Shown: piece after piece, positions 41,925 to 49,869 of the stretch
Layout: each line of letters opens with the position of its first letter
Position numbering within the stretch: position 1 is the stretch's first letter
Source of the DNA: Acidimicrobiales bacterium
Lineage (GTDB): Bacteria; Actinomycetota; Acidimicrobiia; Acidimicrobiales; CADCSY01
NCBI GenBank assembly: GCA_035942035.1
Contig: DASZDK010000100.1
Coordinates: forward strand, 1 to 60,944
Direction: 5' to 3'
DNA: 60,944 nt
Made by a program: the position numbers and the translations under genes
The notes under the pieces: generated by a model
What the model was told of the DNA's origin: nothing
The model's input: only the letters and a program-made list of their open reading frames with translations
Databases searched by the model: none

Positions 41925-43031
41925 ATGGCTGCTGAGGGGACGACCGCGGAGCTCGCGGCCCCATCCTCTCGGCGTGAGCTCTCGGAACCCGATGGGGCGG
42001 CGGAGACGGTCGCCGTCCCGTTGCCCGGCACCGAGGCCCGGTTGCGCCCCAGCCGCCGCCGGCGGGGGCGCCAACTGGTCGTCTCCTACCTCCTCACGGT
42101 GTTCGTCCTCATCACCGCCAACTTCGCCTTGCCCCGCGCCCTGCCGGGCGACCCGGTCGATGCCCTGCTCAGCGGGGAGTCGCCGCACTACGTGCACAGC
42201 GACGTCATCCGGGCCCAGCTGAACGAGTACTACGGCCTCGACCTGCCCCTGTGGGACCAGTACCGGAAGTACCTGGGTGACCTGGCCACCGGCGAGCTGG
42301 GAACGTCGATCCGCTACAACGTTCCCGTGGCCCAGCTCGTAGCCGAGCGCCTGCCGTGGACGCTGCTGCTGCTGTCGACCTCCATCACCCTGGCCATCAT
42401 GATCGGGTGGGTCACCGGGGTGAACTCGGCGTGGCGCCGCGGTCGCCTCGCCGACCGGGGCCTGCTGACGCTCTTCCTCGGTGTGCACAGCTTCCCGGTG
42501 TTCTTCGTCGGCTCCCTGGCCCTGTTCGCCTTCGGGGTGAAGCTGGGCTGGGTGCCCCTCGCCGGCACCCGGACCTACTTCGCCACCGCCGGGGGAGCGC
42601 TGGAAGCGGTGCGGGACGTCGCCCACCACCTGGTGCTGCCGGCGTTGGTCCTCGCCCTGCAGTTCGCCACCAGCCAGTACCTCAACATGCGGGCCAGCAT
42701 GGTCGGGGAGCTCGGGTCGGACTACCTGCTGGCCGGGCGGGCCAAGGGTCTGCGAGAGCGGCGGATCAAGTACCGCTACGCCGCCCGCAACGCCCTGTTG
42801 CCGGTGGTCGCCGTCACCGGCGTGCACATTGGTGCCGCCGTGACCCAGTCGATCCTGGTGGAGACGGTGTTCGCCTACCAGGGGCTGGGGCGGCTCACCT
42901 TCGACGCGGTGGCCTTCCGCGACTACCCCACCCTCCAGGCCTGCTTCCTCGTGCTGACCCTGGTGGTGGTCACGGCGAACTTCGCCGCCGACGCCGTCAA
43001 CGCCCGCCTCGACCCTCGGGTCCGGGCATGA
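41925..43031 (+). CDS. ABC transporter permease (DppB/NikB-like)
   Basis: LPGDPV N-terminal motif, the YLGDLATGELGTS periplasmic loop and a MetI core. The ~45-aa N-terminal extension may not be translated. Confidence 0.8.
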   Translation: MAAEGTTAELAAPSSRRELSEPDGAAETVAVPLPGTEARLRPSRRRRGRQLVVSYLLTVFVLITANFALPRALPGDPVDALLSGESPHYVHSDVIRAQLNEYYGLDLPLWDQYRKYLGDLATGELGTSIRYNVPVAQLVAERLPWTLLLLSTSITLAIMIGWVTGVNSAWRRGRLADRGLLTLFLGVHSFPVFFVGSLALFAFGVKLGWVPLAGTRTYFATAGGALEAVRDVAHHLVLPALVLALQFATSQYLNMRASMVGELGSDYLLAGRAKGLRERRIKYRYAARNALLPVVAVTGVHIGAAVTQSILVETVFAYQGLGRLTFDAVAFRDYPTLQACFLVLTLVVVTANFAADAVNARLDPRVRA

Positions 43032-43858
43032 GCACCGCGCGCTCGCCCATGGTCGTCGCCGGCGGCGGCATCCTGTTGGCCCTGGTCGCCGGCGCGGTGC
43101 TGGCACCCCAGCTGGCCCCCTACCGGCCCGAGGTACTGGCCGGGGGAGCCCTCCAGGCGCCCTCGGGCCGGCACCTGTTGGGCACCAACCACCTCGGCCA
43201 GGACATCTTCTCGCAGATCCTCTGGGGAGGGCGGGACTCGCTGACGGTCGGGGCCGGTGCCGCCAGCCTCGCTGTCGTGGCCGGCACCCTGGTCGGCGTC
43301 GGGGCGGGTCTGATCGGTGGCATGGCCGACACCGTGGCCATGCGGGTGGTCGACGTGTTCCTCGGCATCCCCCGCCTCCCGTTGCTGATCCTCGTGGCCG
43401 CCATGGTCGGCGCCAACCGGGTCAGCCTCATCGTGGTCATCGCCGCCATGACGTGGCCGGTGGTCGCCCGCATGCTGCGGAGCCGGACCATGAGCCTGCG
43501 ACAGCGAGGCTTCGTGTCCGCCGCCCGGGGCTTCGGGGGCGGGATCGGCTATGTGATGGCCCGCCACCTGGTGCCCGCCCTGGGGCCGCTGGTGATCTCC
43601 AGCTTCATCCTGGTGGCGGCCAACGCCGTGCTGCTCGAGGCGTCGCTGGCCTTCCTCGGCCTGGGCGACCCCAGCGGGTCCAGCTGGGGCCTCATGCTCA
43701 ACAAGGCCCTGCTCCAGCCCGGGCTGTACTTCACCCCGGTGTGGTTGTGGTGGGTGCTGCCCGCCGGGTTCGCCATCACGGCTGCGGTCCTCGGGCTGTC
43801 GTTCCTCGGCGTGGGCCTCGAGCCGCTGGTCAACCGCCGGTGGGACGTCAACCGGTGA
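43028..43858 (+). CDS. ABC transporter permease (DppC/NikC-like)
   Basis: 276 aa from ATG 43028, which overlaps the upstream stop (ATGA). HLLGTNHLGQDIFSQ motif and MetI core. Confidence 0.85.
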   Translation: MSTARSPMVVAGGGILLALVAGAVLAPQLAPYRPEVLAGGALQAPSGRHLLGTNHLGQDIFSQILWGGRDSLTVGAGAASLAVVAGTLVGVGAGLIGGMADTVAMRVVDVFLGIPRLPLLILVAAMVGANRVSLIVVIAAMTWPVVARMLRSRTMSLRQRGFVSAARGFGGGIGYVMARHLVPALGPLVISSFILVAANAVLLEASLAFLGLGDPSGSSWGLMLNKALLQPGLYFTPVWLWWVLPAGFAITAAVLGLSFLGVGLEPLVNRRWDVNR

Positions 43859-45450
43859 CGTCCTCCGACCGCTTGGAGGCCTACCGGGGCAAGCGCGACT
43901 TCTCGGTCACGGCCGAGCCCGAGGGGTCGGGGGCGGCGACGGCTTCAGGGCGCTTTGTCGTGCAACGGCACCGGGCCCGCCGGCTCCATTACGACGTTCG
44001 GTTGGAGGTGGACGGCGTGCTGGCCAGCTGGGCCGTGCCCAAGGGGCCGACCCTCGACCCTCATGCCCGGCAGCTCGCCGTCCACGTCGAGGATCATCCC
44101 ATCGAGTACTTCGACTTCGAGGGCGTCATCCCCAAGGGGGAGTACGGCGGCGGCGACGTCATCGTCTGGGACTGGGGGACCTGGGAGCCGGCGGGCACCG
44201 ACGATCCGGTGGGAGCCATCGAGCGTGGTGAGCTGCACTTCGACCTTCGGGGGGAGAAGCTCGCGGGCCGCTTCGTGCTCATCCGCCGCGACCGCGACCG
44301 GTCGGGCAAGGAGCAGTGGCTGCTGCTGCACAAGAACGACGACTCCGCCCGTCCTGGTTGGAACCCGGAGGAGCATCCGCGGTCGGTGAAGACCGGGCGT
44401 ACGAACGACGAGGTCGCCGCCGCCCCGGAGACGCTGTGGCGCAGCGACCTGCCTGCTGAGGAAGCCGCCGTCCCGCTGGCGGCCGGACCCCCGCCGTCGT
44501 GGAGCCCCCCAACGCAGGAGGAGCTCGACGCCCTGGAGGCCATGGGCAAGGTGGGGCGCTGGGCCGTCGGCGGCCGTGAGGTCAAGCTGACCAACCTGGA
44601 CAAGGTGCTGTTCCCACCCCGGGGTGAGGAGGCGGCGGTCACCAAGCGCGACCTGGTGCGCTACCACGCGGTGATCGCCCCGTTCATGCTCCCGTACCTG
44701 TTCGACCGCCCGGTCAACCTCCACCGGTACCCCGACGGCGTCGACCGCCCTGGGTTCTGGCACAAGGAGGTCCCCACCCACGCGCCGGAATGGCTGAACC
44801 GGTGGCGCAACGCCGAAGCCGACCCCGGGGAGACCGAGTGGTACGCCGTGGTCGACAGCGTCCCCGCCCTCGTGTGGATGGCCAACTACGGCGCGGTGGA
44901 GCTGCACCCGTGGACGTCCCGGCTGCCGGACGTCCACCGGCCGACGTGGGCGCTGATCGACATCGACCCCGGCCCCCGCAGCAGCTTCGAGGACGTGCTC
45001 GTGCTCGCCCGCCTGTACCGCACCGCCCTCGACCACCTCGGCGTCGCCGCCATGCCCAAGGTCACGGGCCAGCGTGGGGTGCAGATCTGGGTGCCCATCA
45101 GCCTGTCCTACGGCTTCGACGACACCCGGGCGTGGGTGGAGAAGGTCTCCCGGGCGGTGGGGCGCACGGTGCCCGACCTGGTCAGCTGGGAGTGGCACAA
45201 GGACCGGCGGGAGGGGCTGGCTCGCCTGGACTACACCCAGAACGCCATCAACAAGACCCTGGTGGCGCCGTTCAGCGCCCGGCCGGCTGCGGGCGCGCCG
45301 GTCTCGGTCCCCATCCAGTGGCACGAGCTCGACGACCCCGACCTGCGTCCCGACCGCTGGACCATCCGCACCGTCGTGGAGCGCGTGCGCGAGGTCGGCG
45401 ATCCGCTGGCCCGGCTCGTCGGGCGCCACCAGCAGTTGCCCACTCTCTAG
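43855..45450 (+). CDS. ligD: LigD-type NHEJ protein with 3'-phosphoesterase and polymerase/primase domains, no ligase domain
   Basis: 531 aa from GTG 43855, which overlaps the permease stop (GTGA). PE domain: FVVQRHRARRLHYDVRLE...WAVPKGP...HVEDHPIEYFDFEG. Pol domain: VKLTNLDKVLFP...HRYPDG...FWHK...LIDIDP...VTGQRGVQIWVPI. No adenylation motif (KxDG) was seen. Confidence 0.85.
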   Translation: MTSSDRLEAYRGKRDFSVTAEPEGSGAATASGRFVVQRHRARRLHYDVRLEVDGVLASWAVPKGPTLDPHARQLAVHVEDHPIEYFDFEGVIPKGEYGGGDVIVWDWGTWEPAGTDDPVGAIERGELHFDLRGEKLAGRFVLIRRDRDRSGKEQWLLLHKNDDSARPGWNPEEHPRSVKTGRTNDEVAAAPETLWRSDLPAEEAAVPLAAGPPPSWSPPTQEELDALEAMGKVGRWAVGGREVKLTNLDKVLFPPRGEEAAVTKRDLVRYHAVIAPFMLPYLFDRPVNLHRYPDGVDRPGFWHKEVPTHAPEWLNRWRNAEADPGETEWYAVVDSVPALVWMANYGAVELHPWTSRLPDVHRPTWALIDIDPGPRSSFEDVLVLARLYRTALDHLGVAAMPKVTGQRGVQIWVPISLSYGFDDTRAWVEKVSRAVGRTVPDLVSWEWHKDRREGLARLDYTQNAINKTLVAPFSARPAAGAPVSVPIQWHELDDPDLRPDRWTIRTVVERVREVGDPLARLVGRHQQLPTL

Positions 45451-45476
45451 CGGTCAGGAGTGAGGCGGACGAAGTG

Positions 45477-45701
45477 TCACTCGCTCCTGTGTCGATAGGC
45501 GAGCGGGTGGTTTTGGCCTCGGGCGCAGAAGTCGTCGTTGAGCGCCTGAGCGAGGAAGTCGTGGTCACGGAGCGACAGCGGGGCGGAGCCCGCGAGCCAG
45601 CTCCTGACGTCGTCGGGGCTCATGCCGGGGGAATTGGCCATCAGCATCCCCTTGGCCTGCTCGATGACGGCGATCAGGAATCGGACAGCACACGTAGCGC
45701 C
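45477..45701 (-). pseudogene. ANTAR-domain-like remnant without an N-terminal sensor domain or a convincing start
   Basis: The stop-to-stop frame reads GATCAVRFLIAVIEQAKGMLMANSPGMSPDDVRSWLAGSAPLSLRDHDFLAQALNDD... The IEQAKGMLM...S core matches the ANTAR helix pattern. The only ATG (45647) lies inside the domain. Confidence 0.4.
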
Positions 45702-45793
45702 TCAGAGGGGGGCGTTCCGGGACCGGGGGACGCCCGACGGCCCTCAGGCGGCGGGCCGGTGGGCGCCCGGCGCCGGCGTGGGATGCTTCCTCT

Positions 45794-46381
45794 GTGCTGA
45801 GGGCCACGGGGAGGGCCACGGCGGTGGCGGTGGGTGCCGGCTACCTGCTCGGTTCGGTGCCGGTCGCCGTCCTGGTGGGACGCCGCCACGGGTTGGACCC
45901 TCGCCGGGTGGGCGATGGCAACCCCGGCTACTGGAACCTCCGCGATCAACTCGGGGCCCGGGCGGCGGCGCCGGTGTTCGCCGGCGACGTGGCCAAGGGC
46001 GCGGTGGCCGGAGCGGTGGGCCGGCTCGTGGCCCCGCCTGGCGCCTGGGGGGTGGGCTACGCCGGCGTGGGAGCGGCCATGGTCGGCCATGCCTGGCCCG
46101 TCTTCGCCCGCTTCCGGGGAGGACGTTCCATTCTCACCTGGACCGGGGGGATGTGCGTGCTGTCGCCCGTGGCCGCCGGCCTCGCCGTGGCCGCCTTCGT
46201 GGGCGTAGCCCGGGCCGGCTCGTTCGCGTGGGGGGCCCGCCTCGGCGTGTTCGCCGTGCCCGTCATCCAGCTGGCGGTGGAGCCGCCCCGCCGGGTGGCG
46301 GCCACCGGCGCCCTGATGTCGATCATCGGGCTGCGCTTCGCCCTGGCCTCCCGGGCGGCGCCGGTGCCGGCAGTCGGCTGA
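45794..46381 (+). CDS. PlsY-family (acyl-phosphate:glycerol-3-phosphate acyltransferase-like) membrane protein with divergent motifs
   Basis: YLLGSVPVAVLVGRRHGLDPRRVGDGNPGYWN aligns to the PlsY GSGNPGATN region. GHAWPVFARFRGGRSILT aligns to GHxxPxFxxFKGGKGVAT. 195 aa, about 5-6 helices. Confidence 0.7.
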   Translation: MLRATGRATAVAVGAGYLLGSVPVAVLVGRRHGLDPRRVGDGNPGYWNLRDQLGARAAAPVFAGDVAKGAVAGAVGRLVAPPGAWGVGYAGVGAAMVGHAWPVFARFRGGRSILTWTGGMCVLSPVAAGLAVAAFVGVARAGSFAWGARLGVFAVPVIQLAVEPPRRVAATGALMSIIGLRFALASRAAPVPAVG

Positions 46382-46388
46382 AGACCGC

Positions 46389-47459
46389 TCAGCCGGCCGA
46401 GCTGCGCAGCGGGTAGGTCCGGCCCCGCCACGTCGTCTCCGGGCGCAGTGTCGCCGCGGTGAGGCGGGCGGCGGCGGCCAGGTCGGCCACCGGCGAGGCC
46501 CACCACGACGGCCCGCGTTGGCGATAGGCGGGAGCGGTGGCGGCCAGCACTCCGAGGCGCATGGCCGCCAGCGCCACGTCGAGGGCGTCGCCCCGGCGGG
46601 CGGCGAGGCGGGGGAGGGGCAGGGCCAGGGCCAACCACACCACGGCCAGGTCGAGCGCCTTCCAACCGGCGCCGGTGACGTCGGCCAGCGGCAGCGACCG
46701 CCCCCACTCGCGCCACACCTCGGCCGCCGAGGCGTGCATGCGCACGTCGAACAGCCGGGTGCCGTCGAGGAACCCGACCCGCCAGCCGACCCCGGCCAGG
46801 TGCCGGGCCAGGGCCACGTCGTCGGTCAGGTGGTCGGCCACCGGCACGTACCCCCCCTGGGCGGCGAGCACCGCACGGCGGGTCAGGGTGCATTGGCCGT
46901 TGGCCACCACCCGGTGGGGGGCGGGCAGGGCGGCCGCTCCTGGCGGCCCGAACCGGTAGACCAGGGTGGCGAGCAGCGGGGGGTGGAGCAGGCGCTGCCC
47001 TGGCGTGTCGCACACGAAACGCCCGCCGGCACTCAGGTGGTCCCAGCCCTGCTCCTCGGCGGCGGCCACCAGGGCACCGGCCAGGCCCGGCCGGGGCTCC
47101 ACGTCGGCGTCGAGGGTGAGCAGCCATTCGCCGGTTGCCACCTCGAGGCCCTGCTGGAGGGCCCATGGCTTGCCCACCCATCCCTCGGGCAGCGGTGCGC
47201 CGGCGACGACCCGGGCCCCGGCGGCGGCCGCCACCTCGGCGGTGCGGTCGCTCGAGCAGTCGTCGACGACCACCACCTCGTCCACCTGGGGGTCGCCGGC
47301 CAGGGCGGCCAGCGCCGGGCCGATGCGGTGCTCCTCGTCCCGGGCCGGGATCACCACCGACACCGGCGCCGCCGGCGGGCGGCCGGGCAGGGGCACCAGC
47401 GGCGGGCGCCTGCGGGCACCGCGGCTGATGCGGGCCACGGCGGCGGCGGCGGCCGCCAT
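46389..47459 (-). CDS. Family-2 glycosyltransferase with C-terminal membrane region (carotenoid glycosyltransferase candidate)
   Basis: VSVVIPARDEE...VVVVDDCSSDRT...LTLDAD (GT-A DxD) followed by a hydrophobic C-terminal part. It is the last gene of the carotenoid operon. Confidence 0.8.
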   Translation of the reverse strand: MAAAAAAVARISRGARRRPPLVPLPGRPPAAPVSVVIPARDEEHRIGPALAALAGDPQVDEVVVVDDCSSDRTAEVAAAAGARVVAGAPLPEGWVGKPWALQQGLEVATGEWLLTLDADVEPRPGLAGALVAAAEEQGWDHLSAGGRFVCDTPGQRLLHPPLLATLVYRFGPPGAAALPAPHRVVANGQCTLTRRAVLAAQGGYVPVADHLTDDVALARHLAGVGWRVGFLDGTRLFDVRMHASAAEVWREWGRSLPLADVTGAGWKALDLAVVWLALALPLPRLAARRGDALDVALAAMRLGVLAATAPAYRQRGPSWWASPVADLAAAARLTAATLRPETTWRGRTYPLRSSAG

Positions 47460-47461
47460 CC

Positions 47462-47485
47462 GGACCGCCGTCCAGACGGCGGTCC
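47462..47485 (-). terminator. GC-rich hairpin GGACCGCCGTC-CA-GACGGCGGTCC between surf1 and the GT2 gene
   Basis: Perfect 11-nt arms read directly. There is no T-tract, so it may be an attenuator or processing site rather than a terminator. Confidence 0.3.
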
Positions 47486-47503
47486 CGGCGGCTCTGACGC
47501 TGC

Positions 47504-48388
47504 TCAGCGCGGTCGTCCCGCCGGCGCCGCCGGCCCCCTCCCGTTCCTTGTCGGATCACCCCCGGTCGGCGGCGGTGAGTCGACAAGGAACGGGGGAGGG
47601 GGTGGGGAGGACCGCTGGTGGCGGCGCTCGCGTGCCGTGTGGCGCAGCAGCAGAGGCCACCCGCCGGCGCCGATGGCGGCGAAGGCGAACCACTGCACGG
47701 CGTAGGACAGGTGGTTGCCCTCGTCCTGCTCGGGCTCGGGCAGGACCATCGGCAGGTCGTCGGCCGGCGGCGGCGACTGGTCGGTCAGCTGCAGGTACAT
47801 GGGGTACAAGTCGCGCCCGTACTGCTGCTGGAGCCGGCTGAGGTCCACGCGGGCGATCTGGCTCAGTACCCCTTCCGCCGGGTCGGTGGGGCCGATGCCC
47901 TCCCGCTGCTGGCTGGCCAGCAGGATCCCGGTGACCTCCACCCGGCCGGGCTCCGGCTGGGTGGCGGCCAGCGCCTCCTCCGGGTCCTGGGTGAAGGGGG
48001 CGAAGCCCCGGTTGACCATCAGCGCCGTGCCCTCGCCGGTCACCAAGGGGGTGAGCACGTGGAACCCGGGGCGACCGCCGAGCGAGCGGGAACGAACCAG
48101 CACCGAGGCGCCGGCGTCCCAGGTCCCCCGGGCCGAGGCCCGCCGGTAGACCAGCTCCTCGATCTCGGGAGGCGCCGTCCCGGCCGGGACCACCTCGTCG
48201 ACCGGCTGCACCGGCGCCGACGATCGAGCGGCGATGGCGGCGTTGCGCTCCCGCTTCTCGTCCAGCCGGTCGAGCTGCCAGAGGCCGAAGTTGACGAACA
48301 GCATCACCAGCACGACCACCAACACGTGGCCCACCACCCACTTGGGCTGCAGCCAGAACGGCCTCGACGACCTGGCGGAGTGCCTCAC
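47504..48388 (-). CDS. SURF1-family cytochrome oxidase assembly protein
   Basis: N-terminal helix plus GLWQLDRLDEKR, and the C-terminal HLSYAVQWFAFA motif followed by a second helix. This is the typical SURF1/Shy1 architecture. Confidence 0.8.
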   Translation of the reverse strand: MRHSARSSRPFWLQPKWVVGHVLVVVLVMLFVNFGLWQLDRLDEKRERNAAIAARSSAPVQPVDEVVPAGTAPPEIEELVYRRASARGTWDAGASVLVRSRSLGGRPGFHVLTPLVTGEGTALMVNRGFAPFTQDPEEALAATQPEPGRVEVTGILLASQQREGIGPTDPAEGVLSQIARVDLSRLQQQYGRDLYPMYLQLTDQSPPPADDLPMVLPEPEQDEGNHLSYAVQWFAFAAIGAGGWPLLLRHTARERRHQRSSPPPPPFLVDSPPPTGGDPTRNGRGPAAPAGRPR

Positions 48389-48398
48389 GGCGCCGACG

Positions 48399-49865
48399 CT
48401 ACCGACGCAGGTCGGTCTCGACCATGGCGGCCACGATGGCCCCGCTCAGCGCCACCAGCGGCAGCCCGCCGCCGGGATGGCTGGACCCACCCACCAGGTA
48501 CAGCCCCCGCCGGGGCCCCCGGTTGGCGGGGCGCAGGAACGCGGCCCGCCGGCCGTTGGACGAGGTGCCGTAGATGGCGCCCTGCCACGCCCGGTACCGG
48601 GCGGCGATGTCGAGCGGCGTGATGGTGGCGAGCGATCGCAGCCGGCCGGAGAGGTCCCAGCCCCGCCGGGCCAGCACGTCGAGCAGATGGTCGCGGTAGG
48701 CCTCGGCCTCGGCGTCCCAGTCGACGGCCGAGGCGGGCGGGACGTTGACGAGCACGACCCAGTTCTCGCAGCCCTCCGGGGCCTGGGCCGGGTCGGTGAC
48801 GGAGGAGGCGCAGACGTACAGCGTCGGCTCGGCGGCGGGCCGGCCGTGGCTAAAGATGGCGTCGAACTCGGCCCGCTCGTCGCCGGAGAAGGCGACGTTG
48901 TGGTGGGCCAGCCCCTCGGTGCGTCCCTCGACAGAGGCCAGGAGGGCGAAGCCCGACGACGACACCGGGGCCCGCAGCACCCGCCGCAGGGCGGTGGCGT
49001 CGGGCAGGAGGTCGGCGTAGAGGTGGGTGGCGTCCACGTTGGCCACCACCACGTCGGCGTCCACCCGCTCGCCGCCGGCCAGGCGCAGCCCCCGCACCTC
49101 GTCGGTGCCGGTCCGCACCGCGTCCACCTCGGTGCCCGTGCGTACCTCGACGCCCAGCCGCTCCAGCACGCCGGCCAGGGCGCCGGCCAGCGAGGCCAAC
49201 CCGCCCCGCACGTACCACGCCCCCGACGACTGCTCCAGCCACGGGATGCACGACAGGGTGGCCGGCGCGGCGTAGGGCGACGACCCGGAGTAGGTGGCGT
49301 AGCGGCCGGCCCACTGCACGAGGCGGGGGTCGGAGAACACCGCGCGGGCGCGGGCGTCGAGGCTGCGCACCGGGTCGATGCGCCACAGGTCGGCGGGGGA
49401 GCGCATGCGCCGCACCAGGGCGAGGGGCGATTCCAGGGGGCCGGCGAAGAAGGTTCGCCGGGACACCTCCCACACCTGGCGCCCGTGATCGAGCCAGGCG
49501 GCGAAGGCCTCGCCCTGCCCCGGGGACAGTCGCTCCACCTCGGCCGTCGCCTCGTGGCGGTCGGCCCGGTGGTCCAAACCGGCCCCGTCGGGCCAGCGGT
49601 AGCGGCAGATGGGGTCGAGGGGAACCAGGTGGGCGACGGCGGCCAGCGAGGTCCCGGCCACGGCGAGCAGGTCGTCGAAGACCTCGGGCAGGGTCAGCAG
49701 CGACGGCCCGGTGTCGAAGGTGAACCCGCCGGCCGAGGAGGCGGCGAGCTTGCCCCCCAGCACGTCGTTGCGCTCGAACAGGGCCACGTCGTGGCCGGCG
49801 GCCCGCAGGCGGATGGCGGCGGCCATGCCTCCCACCCCGCCGCCCACCACCGCGACCTGCGCCAT
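48399..49865 (-). CDS. crtD: CrtI-family FAD-dependent carotenoid desaturase, CrtD-like (hydroxycarotenoid 3,4-desaturase candidate)
   Basis: 488 aa from ATG 49865. VAVVGGGVGGMAAA dinucleotide fold and the C-terminal LYLVGGSSHPGGGLP CrtI-family motif. Distinct from the crtI at 51608..53116. Confidence 0.75.
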   Translation of the reverse strand: MAQVAVVGGGVGGMAAAIRLRAAGHDVALFERNDVLGGKLAASSAGGFTFDTGPSLLTLPEVFDDLLAVAGTSLAAVAHLVPLDPICRYRWPDGAGLDHRADRHEATAEVERLSPGQGEAFAAWLDHGRQVWEVSRRTFFAGPLESPLALVRRMRSPADLWRIDPVRSLDARARAVFSDPRLVQWAGRYATYSGSSPYAAPATLSCIPWLEQSSGAWYVRGGLASLAGALAGVLERLGVEVRTGTEVDAVRTGTDEVRGLRLAGGERVDADVVVANVDATHLYADLLPDATALRRVLRAPVSSSGFALLASVEGRTEGLAHHNVAFSGDERAEFDAIFSHGRPAAEPTLYVCASSVTDPAQAPEGCENWVVLVNVPPASAVDWDAEAEAYRDHLLDVLARRGWDLSGRLRSLATITPLDIAARYRAWQGAIYGTSSNGRRAAFLRPANRGPRRGLYLVGGSSHPGGGLPLVALSGAIVAAMVETDLRR

Positions 49866-49869
49866 GTCC

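Noticed and set aside
40176-43106. 976-aa minus-strand ORF antisense to the family-5 binding protein and permease genes
   Set aside because: It has the same shadow-ORF character. The plus-strand genes have signal peptides, ABC permease loops and coupled start/stop overlaps.
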